Shown here: positions 41,031-50,839 of the stretch, piece by piece
Layout of the letters: each line of letters opens with the position of its first letter
How positions within the stretch are numbered: the first letter of the stretch is position 1
The notes under the pieces: model-generated
Database searches by the model: none
Seen by the model: the letters and a program-made list of their open reading frames with translations, nothing else
What the model was told of the DNA's origin: nothing
Made by a program: the position numbers and the translations under genes
Origin: Sandaracinaceae bacterium
GTDB taxonomy: Bacteria; Myxococcota_A; Polyangia; Polyangiales; Sandaracinaceae
Length of the DNA: 64,000 nt
Direction: 5' to 3'
Assembly (NCBI GenBank): GCA_044220955.1
Contig: JBGAQA010000014.1
Location: forward strand, 42,542-106,541

Positions 41031-43886
41031 GTGAAGAAGCCCATCCCCTTCGGCAAGTACCTGCTGCTCGAGCGTGTGAACGTCGGCGGCATGGCCGAGG
41101 TCTTCAAAGCGAAGGCCTTCGGCGTCGAGGGATTCGAGCGCCTGGTCGCGGTGAAGCGGATCCTGCCCTCGATCGCGGAGGACCAGGAGTTCATCACGAT
41201 GTTCATCGACGAGGCGAAGATCAGCGTGCAGCTGACGCACGCGAACATCGCCCAGATCTTCGACCTCGGTAAGGTCGGCGACTCGTTCTTCATCGCGATG
41301 GAGTACGTCCACGGCAAGGACCTCCGCGCGATCTTCGACCGGGCGCGCAAGCGCGGCGAGACCGTGCCCGTCCCGATGGCCTGCTACCTCGCGATGAAGA
41401 TCTGCGAGGGCCTCGACTACGCGCACAACAAGAAGGACGCGTCGGGCCGCGAGCTGAACCTCGTCCATCGTGACGTGAGCCCGCAGAACATCCTCTTGAG
41501 CTACGACGGCGAGTCGAAGCTCATCGACTTCGGCATCGCCAAGGCCGCGGGCAAGGCCGGCAAGACGCAGGCGGGCATCCTCAAGGGGAAGTTCGGGTAC
41601 ATGTCGCCCGAGCAGGTCCGCGGCCTGCCGCTCGATCGCCGCAGCGACATCTTCGCCGTCGGCATCGTCCTGTACGAGCTGCTCACGGGCGAGCGCCTCT
41701 TCGTCGGCGAGAGCGACTTCTCCACCCTCGAGAAGGTGAAGAACGTCGAGATCATGCCCCCGAGCACCTACAACCGGAGGATCCCGGAGGAGCTCGAGCA
41801 GATCGTCCTGAAGGGACTCGCGAAGGACGTCGACGATCGCTACCAGACCGCGATGGACCTGCACGACGATCTGCAGTCGTTCATGTACACGAGCGGCAAC
41901 TTCTTCTCGCGCAAGGATCTCGGCGCCTACATGCGCAAGGCGTTCGCCGAGGAGATCGCGAAGGAGTCGGCGCGCGAGGAAGAGTACCGCCGCATGGAGG
42001 CCGAGGCCGCCAAGCTCGGGGCGGGCCTCGACCAGTTCGACGACATCGAGGGCGAGGCGCCCGCGGCGGCGGCCAACGTTTCGGCCCAGCCGGCGCGCCA
42101 CGTCGCCGTGACCGCCGCGCCGCCGAAGCCGCAGCGCAAGCCCACGATGATGGGCATGCCCGCGGCCGCGGTGCCGCCGCCGCCGCCCCGCATGAGCTCG
42201 CCCGGTGCGCCGCCGCCGCCACCGCCGCGGATGAGCGCGCCGCAGCCGCCGCCTCCCGCAGCCGCCCCCGCGCCCGCGCCACCTCCCGCAGCCAAGGCGA
42301 GCGGTGGCGCCGCGCTCGACATGGACTGGGACGAGGAGGAGCTCTCCACCCAGATCTACGACAAGCCCGAGGGCAACCTCATCGCCGACATGCCCGCGCC
42401 CCCCGTGGCGCCCGGGCCCGCGCCGGCGCCGCGGCCCTCGCTCGGGCTCGGCAACATCCAGGCGATCGCGCCCCCCGCGGCGCCCTCGATGTCGTCCCCG
42501 GGGATGTCGGCGTCTCCCGCGATGTCGTCCCCGGGCATGCCGTCGCCGTTCGGCGGCGGGCCCGCGCCGTCGTCGCCGGGGATGCCCTCTCCGTTCTCGT
42601 CGAGGTCTTCGCCGGGCATGCCTGCCCCGGCCCCCGCGCCCATGCCGGCGCCGATGGGGTCGCCGTCGCCCTTCGACGCGCAGCCGATGGGCGCGCGCGA
42701 GCCCACGGCGGTGACCCGTCAGCGCGAGGAGCCGAGGCGGTCTCTCGCGCCGATCATCGCGGCCGCAGCGGTGCTCTTGATCGTGCTGCTCGCGGGCGGC
42801 GGGTACATGCTCTTCGGGCGCTCGTCCCCTGCGACGATCCACCTCACCACGACCCCGACCGACGCGGTGGTCTACCTGGACAACCAGCCGATCACGACCT
42901 CGACGTCGAGCCCCTTCGTGGTGCCGAACGTCGAGCCGGGCTCCCACCTCGTGGAGGTGCGCAAGCACGGGTACGAGACCTGGGCGATGCGCGTCGATCT
43001 GACGTCGGGGCAAGAGCTCACGCTGCCGGCGGTCGCGCTCGAGCCGGAAGGGGGCGCCGTCGCCGGATCCGGCCCCGGACCCGTTCCGACGACCCCGCCG
43101 CAGGGCACCGGCTTCACCCTGGACACGGTCCCCTCGGGGGCGCGCGTGTTCGTCAACGACGTCGAGCTGACCCAGCGGACGCCGGTGGTGGTCACCGACC
43201 TGCAGCCCGGCACGTACCAGATCCGCGTCGACAACGGCGCCACGTATGCCCCCTGGCTCTCGCAGATCACGATCCCGGCGAACCAGGTGATGGCGCTGCC
43301 CGCCGCGGTGCTCACGCTGCGGGCGGTGACGGTGGCGTTCTCGTCCACGCCCACCGGCGCGGACGTCTCCCTCGTGCGAGGCACCGAGCGTCGGTCGATC
43401 GGCGCGACCCCGGTCTCGGCCGACGTCGACATCTCGGGTGGCGCGTGGACCGTGGAGATGGAGCACGCCGGCTACCGCGACTACTCCGCGCCGCTCGTGG
43501 TCGCGACCGGTCAGGCGAGCGCGACGCACGCCGCGACGCTCGACGAGATCCCGCGCGGGACGGGCGTGCGGCCGCCGCCCCCGCCGCCTTCGACGGGCCC
43601 GCGCATCGGTCCGCGCATCGGCCCGCCGCCCTCGACGGCGAGCCCCCCGCCCACCGCGACCGCCAGCGGGGGCAGCGGGACGCTGCGCATCAACACGCGC
43701 CCCGCCTCGCAGGTCTACGTCGATGGCCGCCTGATCGGCTACACGCCGCAGCTGCACATCGAGCTGCCGGCCGGCAACCACACGGTCACGCTGGTGAACA
43801 GCGAGTTCAACATCCGCGAGACCATCACCGTCACGATCCACGCGGGTCAGACCGAGACACGCTCGCTCACGCTGACCCCCGGCTGA
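41031..43886 (+). CDS. Ser/Thr protein kinase with Pro-rich linker, TM helix and PEGA-like domains
   Basis: FGKYLLL, GGMAEV, HRDVSPQN, DFGIAK, KGKFGYMSPEQ; PEGA-type repeats (TTPTDAVVYLD, TVPSGARVFVN, INTRPASQVYVDG). Confidence 0.93.
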   Translation: MKKPIPFGKYLLLERVNVGGMAEVFKAKAFGVEGFERLVAVKRILPSIAEDQEFITMFIDEAKISVQLTHANIAQIFDLGKVGDSFFIAMEYVHGKDLRAIFDRARKRGETVPVPMACYLAMKICEGLDYAHNKKDASGRELNLVHRDVSPQNILLSYDGESKLIDFGIAKAAGKAGKTQAGILKGKFGYMSPEQVRGLPLDRRSDIFAVGIVLYELLTGERLFVGESDFSTLEKVKNVEIMPPSTYNRRIPEELEQIVLKGLAKDVDDRYQTAMDLHDDLQSFMYTSGNFFSRKDLGAYMRKAFAEEIAKESAREEEYRRMEAEAAKLGAGLDQFDDIEGEAPAAAANVSAQPARHVAVTAAPPKPQRKPTMMGMPAAAVPPPPPRMSSPGAPPPPPPRMSAPQPPPPAAAPAPAPPPAAKASGGAALDMDWDEEELSTQIYDKPEGNLIADMPAPPVAPGPAPAPRPSLGLGNIQAIAPPAAPSMSSPGMSASPAMSSPGMPSPFGGGPAPSSPGMPSPFSSRSSPGMPAPAPAPMPAPMGSPSPFDAQPMGAREPTAVTRQREEPRRSLAPIIAAAAVLLIVLLAGGGYMLFGRSSPATIHLTTTPTDAVVYLDNQPITTSTSSPFVVPNVEPGSHLVEVRKHGYETWAMRVDLTSGQELTLPAVALEPEGGAVAGSGPGPVPTTPPQGTGFTLDTVPSGARVFVNDVELTQRTPVVVTDLQPGTYQIRVDNGATYAPWLSQITIPANQVMALPAAVLTLRAVTVAFSSTPTGADVSLVRGTERRSIGATPVSADVDISGGAWTVEMEHAGYRDYSAPLVVATGQASATHAATLDEIPRGTGVRPPPPPPSTGPRIGPRIGPPPSTASPPPTATASGGSGTLRINTRPASQVYVDGRLIGYTPQLHIELPAGNHTVTLVNSEFNIRETITVTIHAGQTETRSLTLTPG

Positions 43887-43907
43887 CGCCGAGGGCGCTT
43901 CGGCCCA

Positions 43908-44474
43908 CTACTCCGTCCGGTCGCGGACGTAGAGGATCCCGACGGGCTCGAGCACGTCCTCGCCCTCGAGCGCCCGGTCGCGGCGCTCGAAGAGCGAGCG
44001 CTCGCCGTCCCCGTCCAGGTCGCCTTCCGCGCGGTAGGTCACGACGTAGGTCCCCTCCGGGGAGTGCAGGTCGCAGCCGCTCACGGTCGGCGTCATCGAG
44101 TAGGAGAAGCGAACGGGCTCGTCGATCGTGAAGCCGATCGCGGTGAAGCCTGCCCGCGCGAGATCCTCGCCCTCGAAGTCGAGCTGGCGTGGGTCCTCGG
44201 TCGGCTCGGTCGGGAAGGGCCCGGCCGCGACCGGGAGACAGCGGTGCAGGCTCTCCCCCTCGGCGGGGTGCGGCGTGGCGAAGTAGGCGGCTGCGCTCGT
44301 GTGCATGCGCTCGAGCTCGCGCGACGCCTCGGCGACCTTGCTGAGCCGCAGCTCCCGCAGGAACGCGGGGACGAACGCCGCGAGCAAGCAGCCGATCAGC
44401 GACGTCGCGACCGCCGCCTGCAGCAGGGTCACGCCTGCCTCCCTCGACCGTCCGTGCCGGGCCCTTCGCTCCAC
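43908..44474 (-). CDS. Type IV pilin-like protein (start 44474 or 44510)
   Basis: Basic leader then G|VTLLQAAV hydrophobic helix, PAF..SKVAEA, C-terminal AEGDLDGDG. Confidence 0.65.
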   Translation of the reverse strand: MERRARHGRSREAGVTLLQAAVATSLIGCLLAAFVPAFLRELRLSKVAEASRELERMHTSAAAYFATPHPAEGESLHRCLPVAAGPFPTEPTEDPRQLDFEGEDLARAGFTAIGFTIDEPVRFSYSMTPTVSGCDLHSPEGTYVVTYRAEGDLDGDGERSLFERRDRALEGEDVLEPVGILYVRDRTE

Positions 44475-44557
44475 CGGTCGGAAGATACGTCTCGGTTGCG
44501 TGCGCGCCACAGAACGGGTAGCGACGCGCCGTGCTTCGGACCCCGAGCCGCGCGTCG

Positions 44558-45922
44558 ATGGAGCGTGCGAGCGACCTCGTGCTGGTCGCCGCGATCACCG
44601 TCGCGAGCGCGGTGCTCATCGATGCGGGCGTCGTGTCGTCGAACGACGGCTCGCACTACGCACTGGTTCGTGCGATCGGCGACACCGGCAGCTTCGTGAT
44701 CGACCCCTACGTCGAGTACACGTACGACGTCGACATCTCCGAGTACGGCGGGCACTTCTTCACCGATCGCCCCCCTGGCACGGCGATGCTCGCCGTGCCT
44801 TTCTACCTCGCCGCGCGCGTCGTCTCGGGCGATCCGCGCGCCTGGGAGTTCGGCGCTGCGTTGCTCTCGGCGGTGATGGCGGCCCTCGCGTGCGGCGGCG
44901 CCTACTGGATCGCGCGCGAGCTCGGCGCCTCCCGCGGTGGCGCGCGCGCGCTCGGGTTCACGCTGGCCGTCGCGACCCCGCTGCGATCGTACGCGAGCAC
45001 GCTCTTCCACCACGCGACCGCCGCCGGGCTCGTCACCTCGTGCGCGGCGCTCGCCCTCGACCACGCGCGGCGCCCGCGCCGCGCGACGCGCGTGATCGCC
45101 GCGCTGATCGCCGGCTACGCGTGCTCGGTCGACTACACGAGCTGCCTGGCGACGGGCGCGCTCCTCGCCGCCGCCCTCTGGCCGCTCCGCAAGACCCCGG
45201 GTCCGCTCGCGCTCGCGACGCTCGAGGTCGTGCTCGGCGGCGTCCTCGGCCTGGTCCCGCTGCTCGCCTACGACCAGGCCTGCTTCGGCAGCCCGTTCTC
45301 GCTCGGCTACGACCACCAGGTCCACTTCGGGATGATGCACTCGATGAGCGGCATCTACGGCGGCAGCATGCCGGACGGGCTCTTCGGTCTCTTCGTCCAC
45401 CCGCGCGCCGGACTGTTCTTCTGGAGCCCGGTGCTCGTGCTCGCGCCGGTCTACGCGGCCCACGTCGTGCGTGCGGACCGCCGTACGGCGCTCGTCCTCG
45501 CGCTGGCCGTCACTCCCTTCGTGCTGCTGATGTCTCGCTACTACGAGGTGGGAGCGGGGGCGAGCCGCGACGCCCGCTACATCACGCCCGTCGTCCCGAT
45601 GCTCGCGGTGCCGCTCGCCTTCGCGTGGGACGCCGCGGTCTCGCGCCGGGGGACGACGGGGAAGGGCGATCTCGTCGCGATCTTCGTGGTGCTCGGCGCT
45701 GCGTCCGTCTGCCTTCAGATCGGCAAGCACCTCGCCCGCTGGGTGCGCAACGGTGAGTTCTGGATCCCGCTCTTTCAGAGCGGCGAGCACCTCGCGACGA
45801 CGAGCGTCCACTTCCTCGCGTGGGCGTTCCCGCACCCGATCGCCGCGCTCGTGGTCGCCGGGATGGGGATCGCGGGCGCTCGGGCGCTCGATCCGGACCG
45901 CCGACCGCAGCCTGTCCGCTGA
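44558..45922 (+). CDS. Polytopic membrane protein, probable GT-C glycosyltransferase
   Basis: SNDGSHYALVRAI..D..DRPPG loop after TM1, CFGSPF..GY, GLFFWSP, ARYITP. Confidence 0.6.
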   Translation: MERASDLVLVAAITVASAVLIDAGVVSSNDGSHYALVRAIGDTGSFVIDPYVEYTYDVDISEYGGHFFTDRPPGTAMLAVPFYLAARVVSGDPRAWEFGAALLSAVMAALACGGAYWIARELGASRGGARALGFTLAVATPLRSYASTLFHHATAAGLVTSCAALALDHARRPRRATRVIAALIAGYACSVDYTSCLATGALLAAALWPLRKTPGPLALATLEVVLGGVLGLVPLLAYDQACFGSPFSLGYDHQVHFGMMHSMSGIYGGSMPDGLFGLFVHPRAGLFFWSPVLVLAPVYAAHVVRADRRTALVLALAVTPFVLLMSRYYEVGAGASRDARYITPVVPMLAVPLAFAWDAAVSRRGTTGKGDLVAIFVVLGAASVCLQIGKHLARWVRNGEFWIPLFQSGEHLATTSVHFLAWAFPHPIAALVVAGMGIAGARALDPDRRPQPVR

Positions 45923-45924
45923 CT

Positions 45925-47667
45925 TCAGATCACGAGCGGCGTCGAGCCCGCCGGGACGACGATGATCACCTCGTGCGAGTCCAGCTCGGCCACGCCGTTG
46001 CCCCGCACCACGATCGTGGCGCGGAAGATCTGGGCGCTGCGCGCGGGGGGCACGACGTCGTTGAAGAAGTGGACGTTGAAGTAGACGCGCCCGCCCGGAC
46101 GGACGTCGTAGAACGCGAGGTCGTCGCAGCGCGTCGCGTCGGGGCAGCTCGTCGTGCCGCTCGGCTCCTCGAGCGTGGTCGGCGTGATCGACTTGATGAA
46201 GTTGCGCGCGTCGATCTCGGTCGCGCCCATGGGGAAGTCCGGGCCGTCGCGCACGATCGTGGTGATGTCCTGCGGCGTCTCCGTCGCGATCTCGCGCACC
46301 GCGTCGACGAGCCGGTTGCCCAGGCCGCTGCCGTCGCAGCCGATCGTGAACGCGATCGGCCCGCCGGTGGCGTCGACGGTCCCGGTGTCGTTCGCGTACA
46401 CGGCGTACTGCTGCATTCCGGTCGGCGAGCTGATCTGCGGACCGCATCCGCTCGAGCTGCCGTCGATGCTCGCGATCCCGATCACCCGCGCGCCGATCGA
46501 GACCAGGGCGTCGCGCGTCTGCTCGTAGGTGTGCGGCGGGGGCCCCATCGTGAAGCCGGACGCGTCGTAGGTGCCGCTCGATCCCACCAGGGGCCCGTTC
46601 TTCGAGGAGGAGTCGCTCACCACCACCATGATCGGCAGCGAGCCCGGCCGGAAGCAGGGGTAGCCGTAGCGAACGCCGGGCGCGTCCGGCTCCGGCAGGC
46701 AGTTCTGGGGCGGCACCCAGGGCGCGATGCCCTCGCCGGTCGCCGCTTGGTAGAGGGCCTCGTTGAACGACGCCCAGTTCGCGCCGCCCTGATCGGCCGC
46801 CACCGGCATCACGTCCGCCACCATCTCGCTCGGGCTCGTCGTGATCGTCGAGTAGAGGTGGAAGGGCGTGTCGCCGTCGGGGCCGTCCGGCCCGCTGCAG
46901 ATGCCCAGGATGCAGGTGACGTGGCCGGCCGCCGCGCCGCCGAACCCGGCGAACCCGCCGAAGCCGACGCCGATGTTGGGGATCTCCCGCGCCATTCGGC
47001 TGACGGTGTCCGCGAGGCCCGACTTCAGCGCCGAGATCTCGTCCGTCATCGAGCCCGTACGGTCGACCATGATGAACACGTCGGCCTGCTGGATGTGCGT
47101 GCTGAACGAGAGGGGACGGTCGACCATGTCTCGGTTGTAGGGGAGCACCACGTAGAAGTCGTCGGTGGGGATCCCGATCGTCGGGTCGAGCGGGTTGGCC
47201 GTGCTGCTCGCGATCTCGCCGAGGTCGGTGAAGCCGTCGCCGTCCGTGTCGGGGTTCAGCGGATCGGTGTGGTAGGTCCCGGTCTCCTCCTGATCGGACA
47301 GGCCGTCGTTGTCCGAGTCGGTGTCGAGGTAGTCGGCGATGCCGTCGTGATCGGTGTCGCGCGCCGCGCACCCGCCGACCGCGCCGCTCTCGTCGACGTC
47401 GAGCAGCCCGTCGCCGTCCGAGTCGGTGTCGTGGTCGTTGGGCGTTCCGTCGTGGTCCCAGTCCGTGGTGGCCTCGTACATGTCGTAGAGCCCGTCGGAG
47501 TCCGCGTCGTCGGTGTTGGTGCACATCCCGCTCACGTAGGCGGAGTCGGGGGTGGTGCTGCCGCCGCCGTCGCGTCCCGGCTCGACGCGGCCCGCGGTGC
47601 ACGCGGGCGCGGCGAGGGCGAGCAGGGCGGTGAAGAAAGAGAGAACCGAAGCGGGGCTGCGCTGCAT
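45925..47667 (-). CDS. Lipoprotein with TSP3-like Ca-binding repeats and a vWA domain (CglD-like architecture)
   Basis: Signal with APAC; DxDxDG repeats; DVFIMVDRTGSM MIDAS-like motif; PCFRPGSLPIMVVVSD. Confidence 0.75.
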   Translation of the reverse strand: MQRSPASVLSFFTALLALAAPACTAGRVEPGRDGGGSTTPDSAYVSGMCTNTDDADSDGLYDMYEATTDWDHDGTPNDHDTDSDGDGLLDVDESGAVGGCAARDTDHDGIADYLDTDSDNDGLSDQEETGTYHTDPLNPDTDGDGFTDLGEIASSTANPLDPTIGIPTDDFYVVLPYNRDMVDRPLSFSTHIQQADVFIMVDRTGSMTDEISALKSGLADTVSRMAREIPNIGVGFGGFAGFGGAAAGHVTCILGICSGPDGPDGDTPFHLYSTITTSPSEMVADVMPVAADQGGANWASFNEALYQAATGEGIAPWVPPQNCLPEPDAPGVRYGYPCFRPGSLPIMVVVSDSSSKNGPLVGSSGTYDASGFTMGPPPHTYEQTRDALVSIGARVIGIASIDGSSSGCGPQISSPTGMQQYAVYANDTGTVDATGGPIAFTIGCDGSGLGNRLVDAVREIATETPQDITTIVRDGPDFPMGATEIDARNFIKSITPTTLEEPSGTTSCPDATRCDDLAFYDVRPGGRVYFNVHFFNDVVPPARSAQIFRATIVVRGNGVAELDSHEVIIVVPAGSTPLVI

Positions 47668-47752
47668 CGAGGCCTCCAAGCGGGCGAGGGTATCGGTACC
47701 GGACGGCTTCGCGATCCGAGCGCAGTGAGGGGCATCACCCGCGCCCGGGGGG

Positions 47753-48892
47753 TCAATGCAGGGTGTGCTCGCGCCCCTCGTGCACGACCCGGGGCACGCC
47801 GTCGTCCCGGAGCGCCACGTTGGCCGCAGCGGGGTCGTCGCTCGTCGCGCGGTCCGCCTCGGCGTCGGCCTCGCGCCACATCTGGTCGAGCTCCGCGCGT
47901 GTCCGCGCGAGCCGCGCCGCGTCGTCGCGCGCCTCCTCGGCCTCCCAGCGCGCGAGCGTCCTGGCGTCGTCGCGTCGCTTGCGCCGATACGCCATCACGA
48001 GCAGCACGAGCACCACGAGCCACGCGAAGCTCGAGCCGAGCAGCAGCGGCAGCGCCGCGTAGCGCCGCCCGAGCTCGCCGCGCCAGTCGACCTCGAGCTG
48101 ACCGATCCCCGCGCTGTACGTCTGGGAGATCGCCTCCTCGAAGTCCTGGCCGGTCCGCATGCGCTCGACGAGGCGCGTGACCTCGCTCGCGCCGCCGTCG
48201 CCGCGGCTGAACAGCCAACCGACGAAGTCCGCGCTCTCGGCGTAGGCCAGGTCGACCGCGTGCGGCCGGTCGGGGAAGCGCGCGTCCAGATCGTCGAGCG
48301 GGATCAGGCTCCCGCGCACCGTCGCCTCCCAGAGCGTGCGCACGCGATCGAAGCTGCGCTCGCGCGCCTCGTGGATCGCGAGCCCCTCGTCGAACCAGAG
48401 CGGCGCGTGCCCCGGACCGAGGGCTCGATGGAGCGCGAGGTGGCTCCACTCGTGCACGAGGACGCGGTCGACGGGCGGGCGCTCCCAGGTGCTGGGCGCC
48501 GTGAGCGTCAAGAGGATCAGATCGAGGCCCGGGTACGTGACGCCGACCGCGTAGGCCGGGGGAGGAGCCTCGGGCGGGGCCAGGGCCTGCATCTCGTCGG
48601 GGTCGCGGCCCACGCGGACATAGAGCGGTCCGGCGGGCGCGCCGAGCTCGCCCGAGACGCGGACGCGGTCGGCCGCCGTCTCGTCTCGCACCAGCTCGAC
48701 CAGCTCGCGCGCGGCGGCCGGGAACTGCCACGTCACGTCTCCGTCCCGCAGCTCCTCGAAGCCATCGGGCAGCGCGGGCAGCGCGGTCGCGTCCAGCAGG
48801 TCGACGGGCTGTGCGCGCTGCGCCCGCGCGAGGTGCGCACCGAGCGCCCACGCGAGCAAGAGCGCCATCAGCGCGAGGAAGCGTGTCGTCAA
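47753..48892 (-). CDS. Peptidase MA-like zinc metallopeptidase with a C-terminal TM
   Basis: VLVHEWSH, PLWFDEGLA, LAYAES. Confidence 0.85.
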   Translation of the reverse strand: MTTRFLALMALLLAWALGAHLARAQRAQPVDLLDATALPALPDGFEELRDGDVTWQFPAAARELVELVRDETAADRVRVSGELGAPAGPLYVRVGRDPDEMQALAPPEAPPPAYAVGVTYPGLDLILLTLTAPSTWERPPVDRVLVHEWSHLALHRALGPGHAPLWFDEGLAIHEARERSFDRVRTLWEATVRGSLIPLDDLDARFPDRPHAVDLAYAESADFVGWLFSRGDGGASEVTRLVERMRTGQDFEEAISQTYSAGIGQLEVDWRGELGRRYAALPLLLGSSFAWLVVLVLLVMAYRRKRRDDARTLARWEAEEARDDAARLARTRAELDQMWREADAEADRATSDDPAAANVALRDDGVPRVVHEGREHTLH

Positions 48893-49651
48893 CTACGAGC
48901 CTCCGCCGGCCTCGAATCGTAGCACTGGCGGCGGCGTGGAGCTGGTCTGGGTCGTGAGCACGATGAAGACGACTGCCCCGACGAGCAGGGCGCCTGCCGC
49001 GAAGTAGGGCCAGTACTGCTCGAAGAAGTCGGGCTCGTGGGGAGGCGGCTCGGGATCGGGTGCGATGGCCTCCGCCGGGACGGCCGTCGCCGGGTCCACG
49101 CTCGGGGAGGCCTCGGGGGCGCGGGTCTCGCCCGGCGCGAGCGGTCGGGCTGCGCGGCGCGCCCGGCGCGCGACGAAGCGGGTCGCCACCGCGACGTCGA
49201 TCGGCTCGAGCGCCAGCTCGCCGTCGTAGAAGGAGCGTCGCAGCACGTCGAAGGCGCTCGCCGTGACCGCGCCGTGGCCGCCGCGCACCACGACGACGAG
49301 GTCGGCGCTCGTCACCTCGCCCAGCACGCTCAGCACGCTCACGTCGCGCGCCTCGCCGAGCCCGAGCCGCCGCCGCTCGGCGCGGACGTCGTCCAGCCCG
49401 TCGTCCGCCCCCTCTCCGCGGAGGGCGGCGCGCAAGGCCGCGTCGCTGGGCAGCGCCAGGCGTGCGTCCTGCGCGATGAGCTCCTCGAGCGCTCGCGCCG
49501 CGGCCAAGGTTCCCGGGTCGGGGTCGCCCGCGATCACGATCGCGACCTTCGGCGTTCGCTCCGCCGGGGCGGCCTCCGATCCGGGTTCCTGCGCGCCCGC
49601 GCGCGGCGCGAGCGCGAGGGTCACGACGAGCGCCAACGCGAAGCCACGCAT
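48893..49651 (-). CDS. Hypothetical exported protein with C-terminal membrane segment
   Basis: Signal peptide AGA; FFEQYWPYFAAGALLVGAVVFIVL. Confidence 0.7.
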   Translation of the reverse strand: MRGFALALVVTLALAPRAGAQEPGSEAAPAERTPKVAIVIAGDPDPGTLAAARALEELIAQDARLALPSDAALRAALRGEGADDGLDDVRAERRRLGLGEARDVSVLSVLGEVTSADLVVVVRGGHGAVTASAFDVLRRSFYDGELALEPIDVAVATRFVARRARRAARPLAPGETRAPEASPSVDPATAVPAEAIAPDPEPPPHEPDFFEQYWPYFAAGALLVGAVVFIVLTTQTSSTPPPVLRFEAGGGS

Positions 49652-49678
49652 CGAGGCGCCGACTATGGCGCGAACGCC

Positions 49679-50398
49679 TCAGACGTCGAGCAGAGGTAGC
49701 CCTGCCAGGCGCGCGACGTCCCCGCGGGCGCGCGCGATCAGCGCCTCGAGGTCCAGGCCTGCCACCTCGATCGGTGCGCCGGCCCGCAGCGTGACCGTGC
49801 GCTCGGGCAGCGGCGTCGGCTCCGAGCGCGGCCACGCCTCGAGACTGCCGCGGATGCCGATGGGCACGACGCACGCGCCCGCGCTCTTCGCGAGGCGGAA
49901 GGCCCCCTTCTTGAACCCTCGGACGACCGGCTCCGTCGCGCGCGTGCCCTCTGGAAAGATGGCGAGCGGCTGGCCGGCGCGCAGCTGTCGCGCCGCCTGC
50001 TCCATCGAGGCCATCGCGCGATCGTGCTGGCCGCGGTCCACGAACACGTGCCCCCCGAGCCGCATCGCACGACCGAGCAGCGGTGCGCGCTCCAGCTCGC
50101 GCTTGGCCAGGAACACGGGCGTGACGGGCATGCACGCGAAGAGCGCGATCACGTCCAGGTAGCTCTGGTGGTTGGCGACGACGACGCAGACGCGATCGCT
50201 CGGGACGTTCTCCATCCCCTCGGCGCGCAGGTCCATCTGCCAGCCCCGGACGAGCACCTCCGCCCAGCGGCGCGTGTGTCGCACCATGGTCTCGGCGCTC
50301 GGCCGGATCGTCTGCGCGACGATCGCGCGCGAGCACACGAGCGCGGTCCAGCCGTAGGAAAAGGTGGTCCGACCCACTCGCCCGAGCACCACGGCCAC
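49679..50398 (-). CDS. plsC: 1-acyl-sn-glycerol-3-phosphate acyltransferase family
   Basis: NHQSYLD, FLAKREL, FVDR, FPEGTR, FKKGAF. Confidence 0.9.
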   Translation of the reverse strand: MAVVLGRVGRTTFSYGWTALVCSRAIVAQTIRPSAETMVRHTRRWAEVLVRGWQMDLRAEGMENVPSDRVCVVVANHQSYLDVIALFACMPVTPVFLAKRELERAPLLGRAMRLGGHVFVDRGQHDRAMASMEQAARQLRAGQPLAIFPEGTRATEPVVRGFKKGAFRLAKSAGACVVPIGIRGSLEAWPRSEPTPLPERTVTLRAGAPIEVAGLDLEALIARARGDVARLAGLPLLDV

Positions 50399-50463
50399 GA
50401 GCGTACGCGATCGCGAGCCACGTGCGCGCGGCGATCGCGGGTGCTACACGGCCCGTCGCTCTC

Positions 50464-50536
50464 GAGCCGTTAGCTCAGCCGGTAGAGCAGCGGGCTTTTA
50501 ACCCGTCGGTCGCGGGTTCGACCCCCGCACGGCTCA
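50464..50536 (+). tRNA. tRNA-Lys(UUU), CCA not encoded
   Basis: Acceptor GAGCCGT/ACGGCTC, D-arm TAGCTCAGCCGGTAGAGC, anticodon loop CTTTTAA, GGTTCGA T-arm. Confidence 0.95.
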
Positions 50537-50560
50537 GCGACGCTCCGGCGCGGATCCAGA

Positions 50561-50633
50561 GTCCCCATCGTCTAGTGGCCCAGGACTCCACCCTTTCACG
50601 GTGGCTACGGGGGTTCGAATCCCCCTGGGGACG
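50561..50633 (+). tRNA. tRNA-Glu(UUC), CCA not encoded
   Basis: Acceptor GTCCCCA/TGGGGAC, anticodon arm CCACC-CTTTCAC-GGTGG, GGTTCGAATCC. Confidence 0.95.
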
Positions 50634-50742
50634 TCGCCACACGCGCGCGCGCGCCAGACCGCGCGCCTTCGTGGCGAAAACCTACGGGTTCAACCAGCGG
50701 TGCGTTGCCTCACGAGCGCGGTGCGGGCCGTTTCGGGCCTGG

Positions 50743-50769
50743 TTGACATCCTGTCCCGGCGGCTATAAC
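50743..50769 (+). promoter_or_regulatory. Putative promoter TTGACA-N15-TATAAC
   Basis: Near-consensus hexamers upstream of the giant lipoprotein, but the spacer is short. Confidence 0.4.
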
Positions 50770-50839
50770 CCCGGGGCCTCTGGGGGGTGGCTCACGCCAC
50801 CGTCCCACGGGCCTGTCTACCAACAGAAGGACGTGTCGG

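Noticed and set aside
50640..50835. Riboswitch upstream of the giant lipoprotein
   Set aside because: Only short GC hairpins; I could not match any known aptamer consensus
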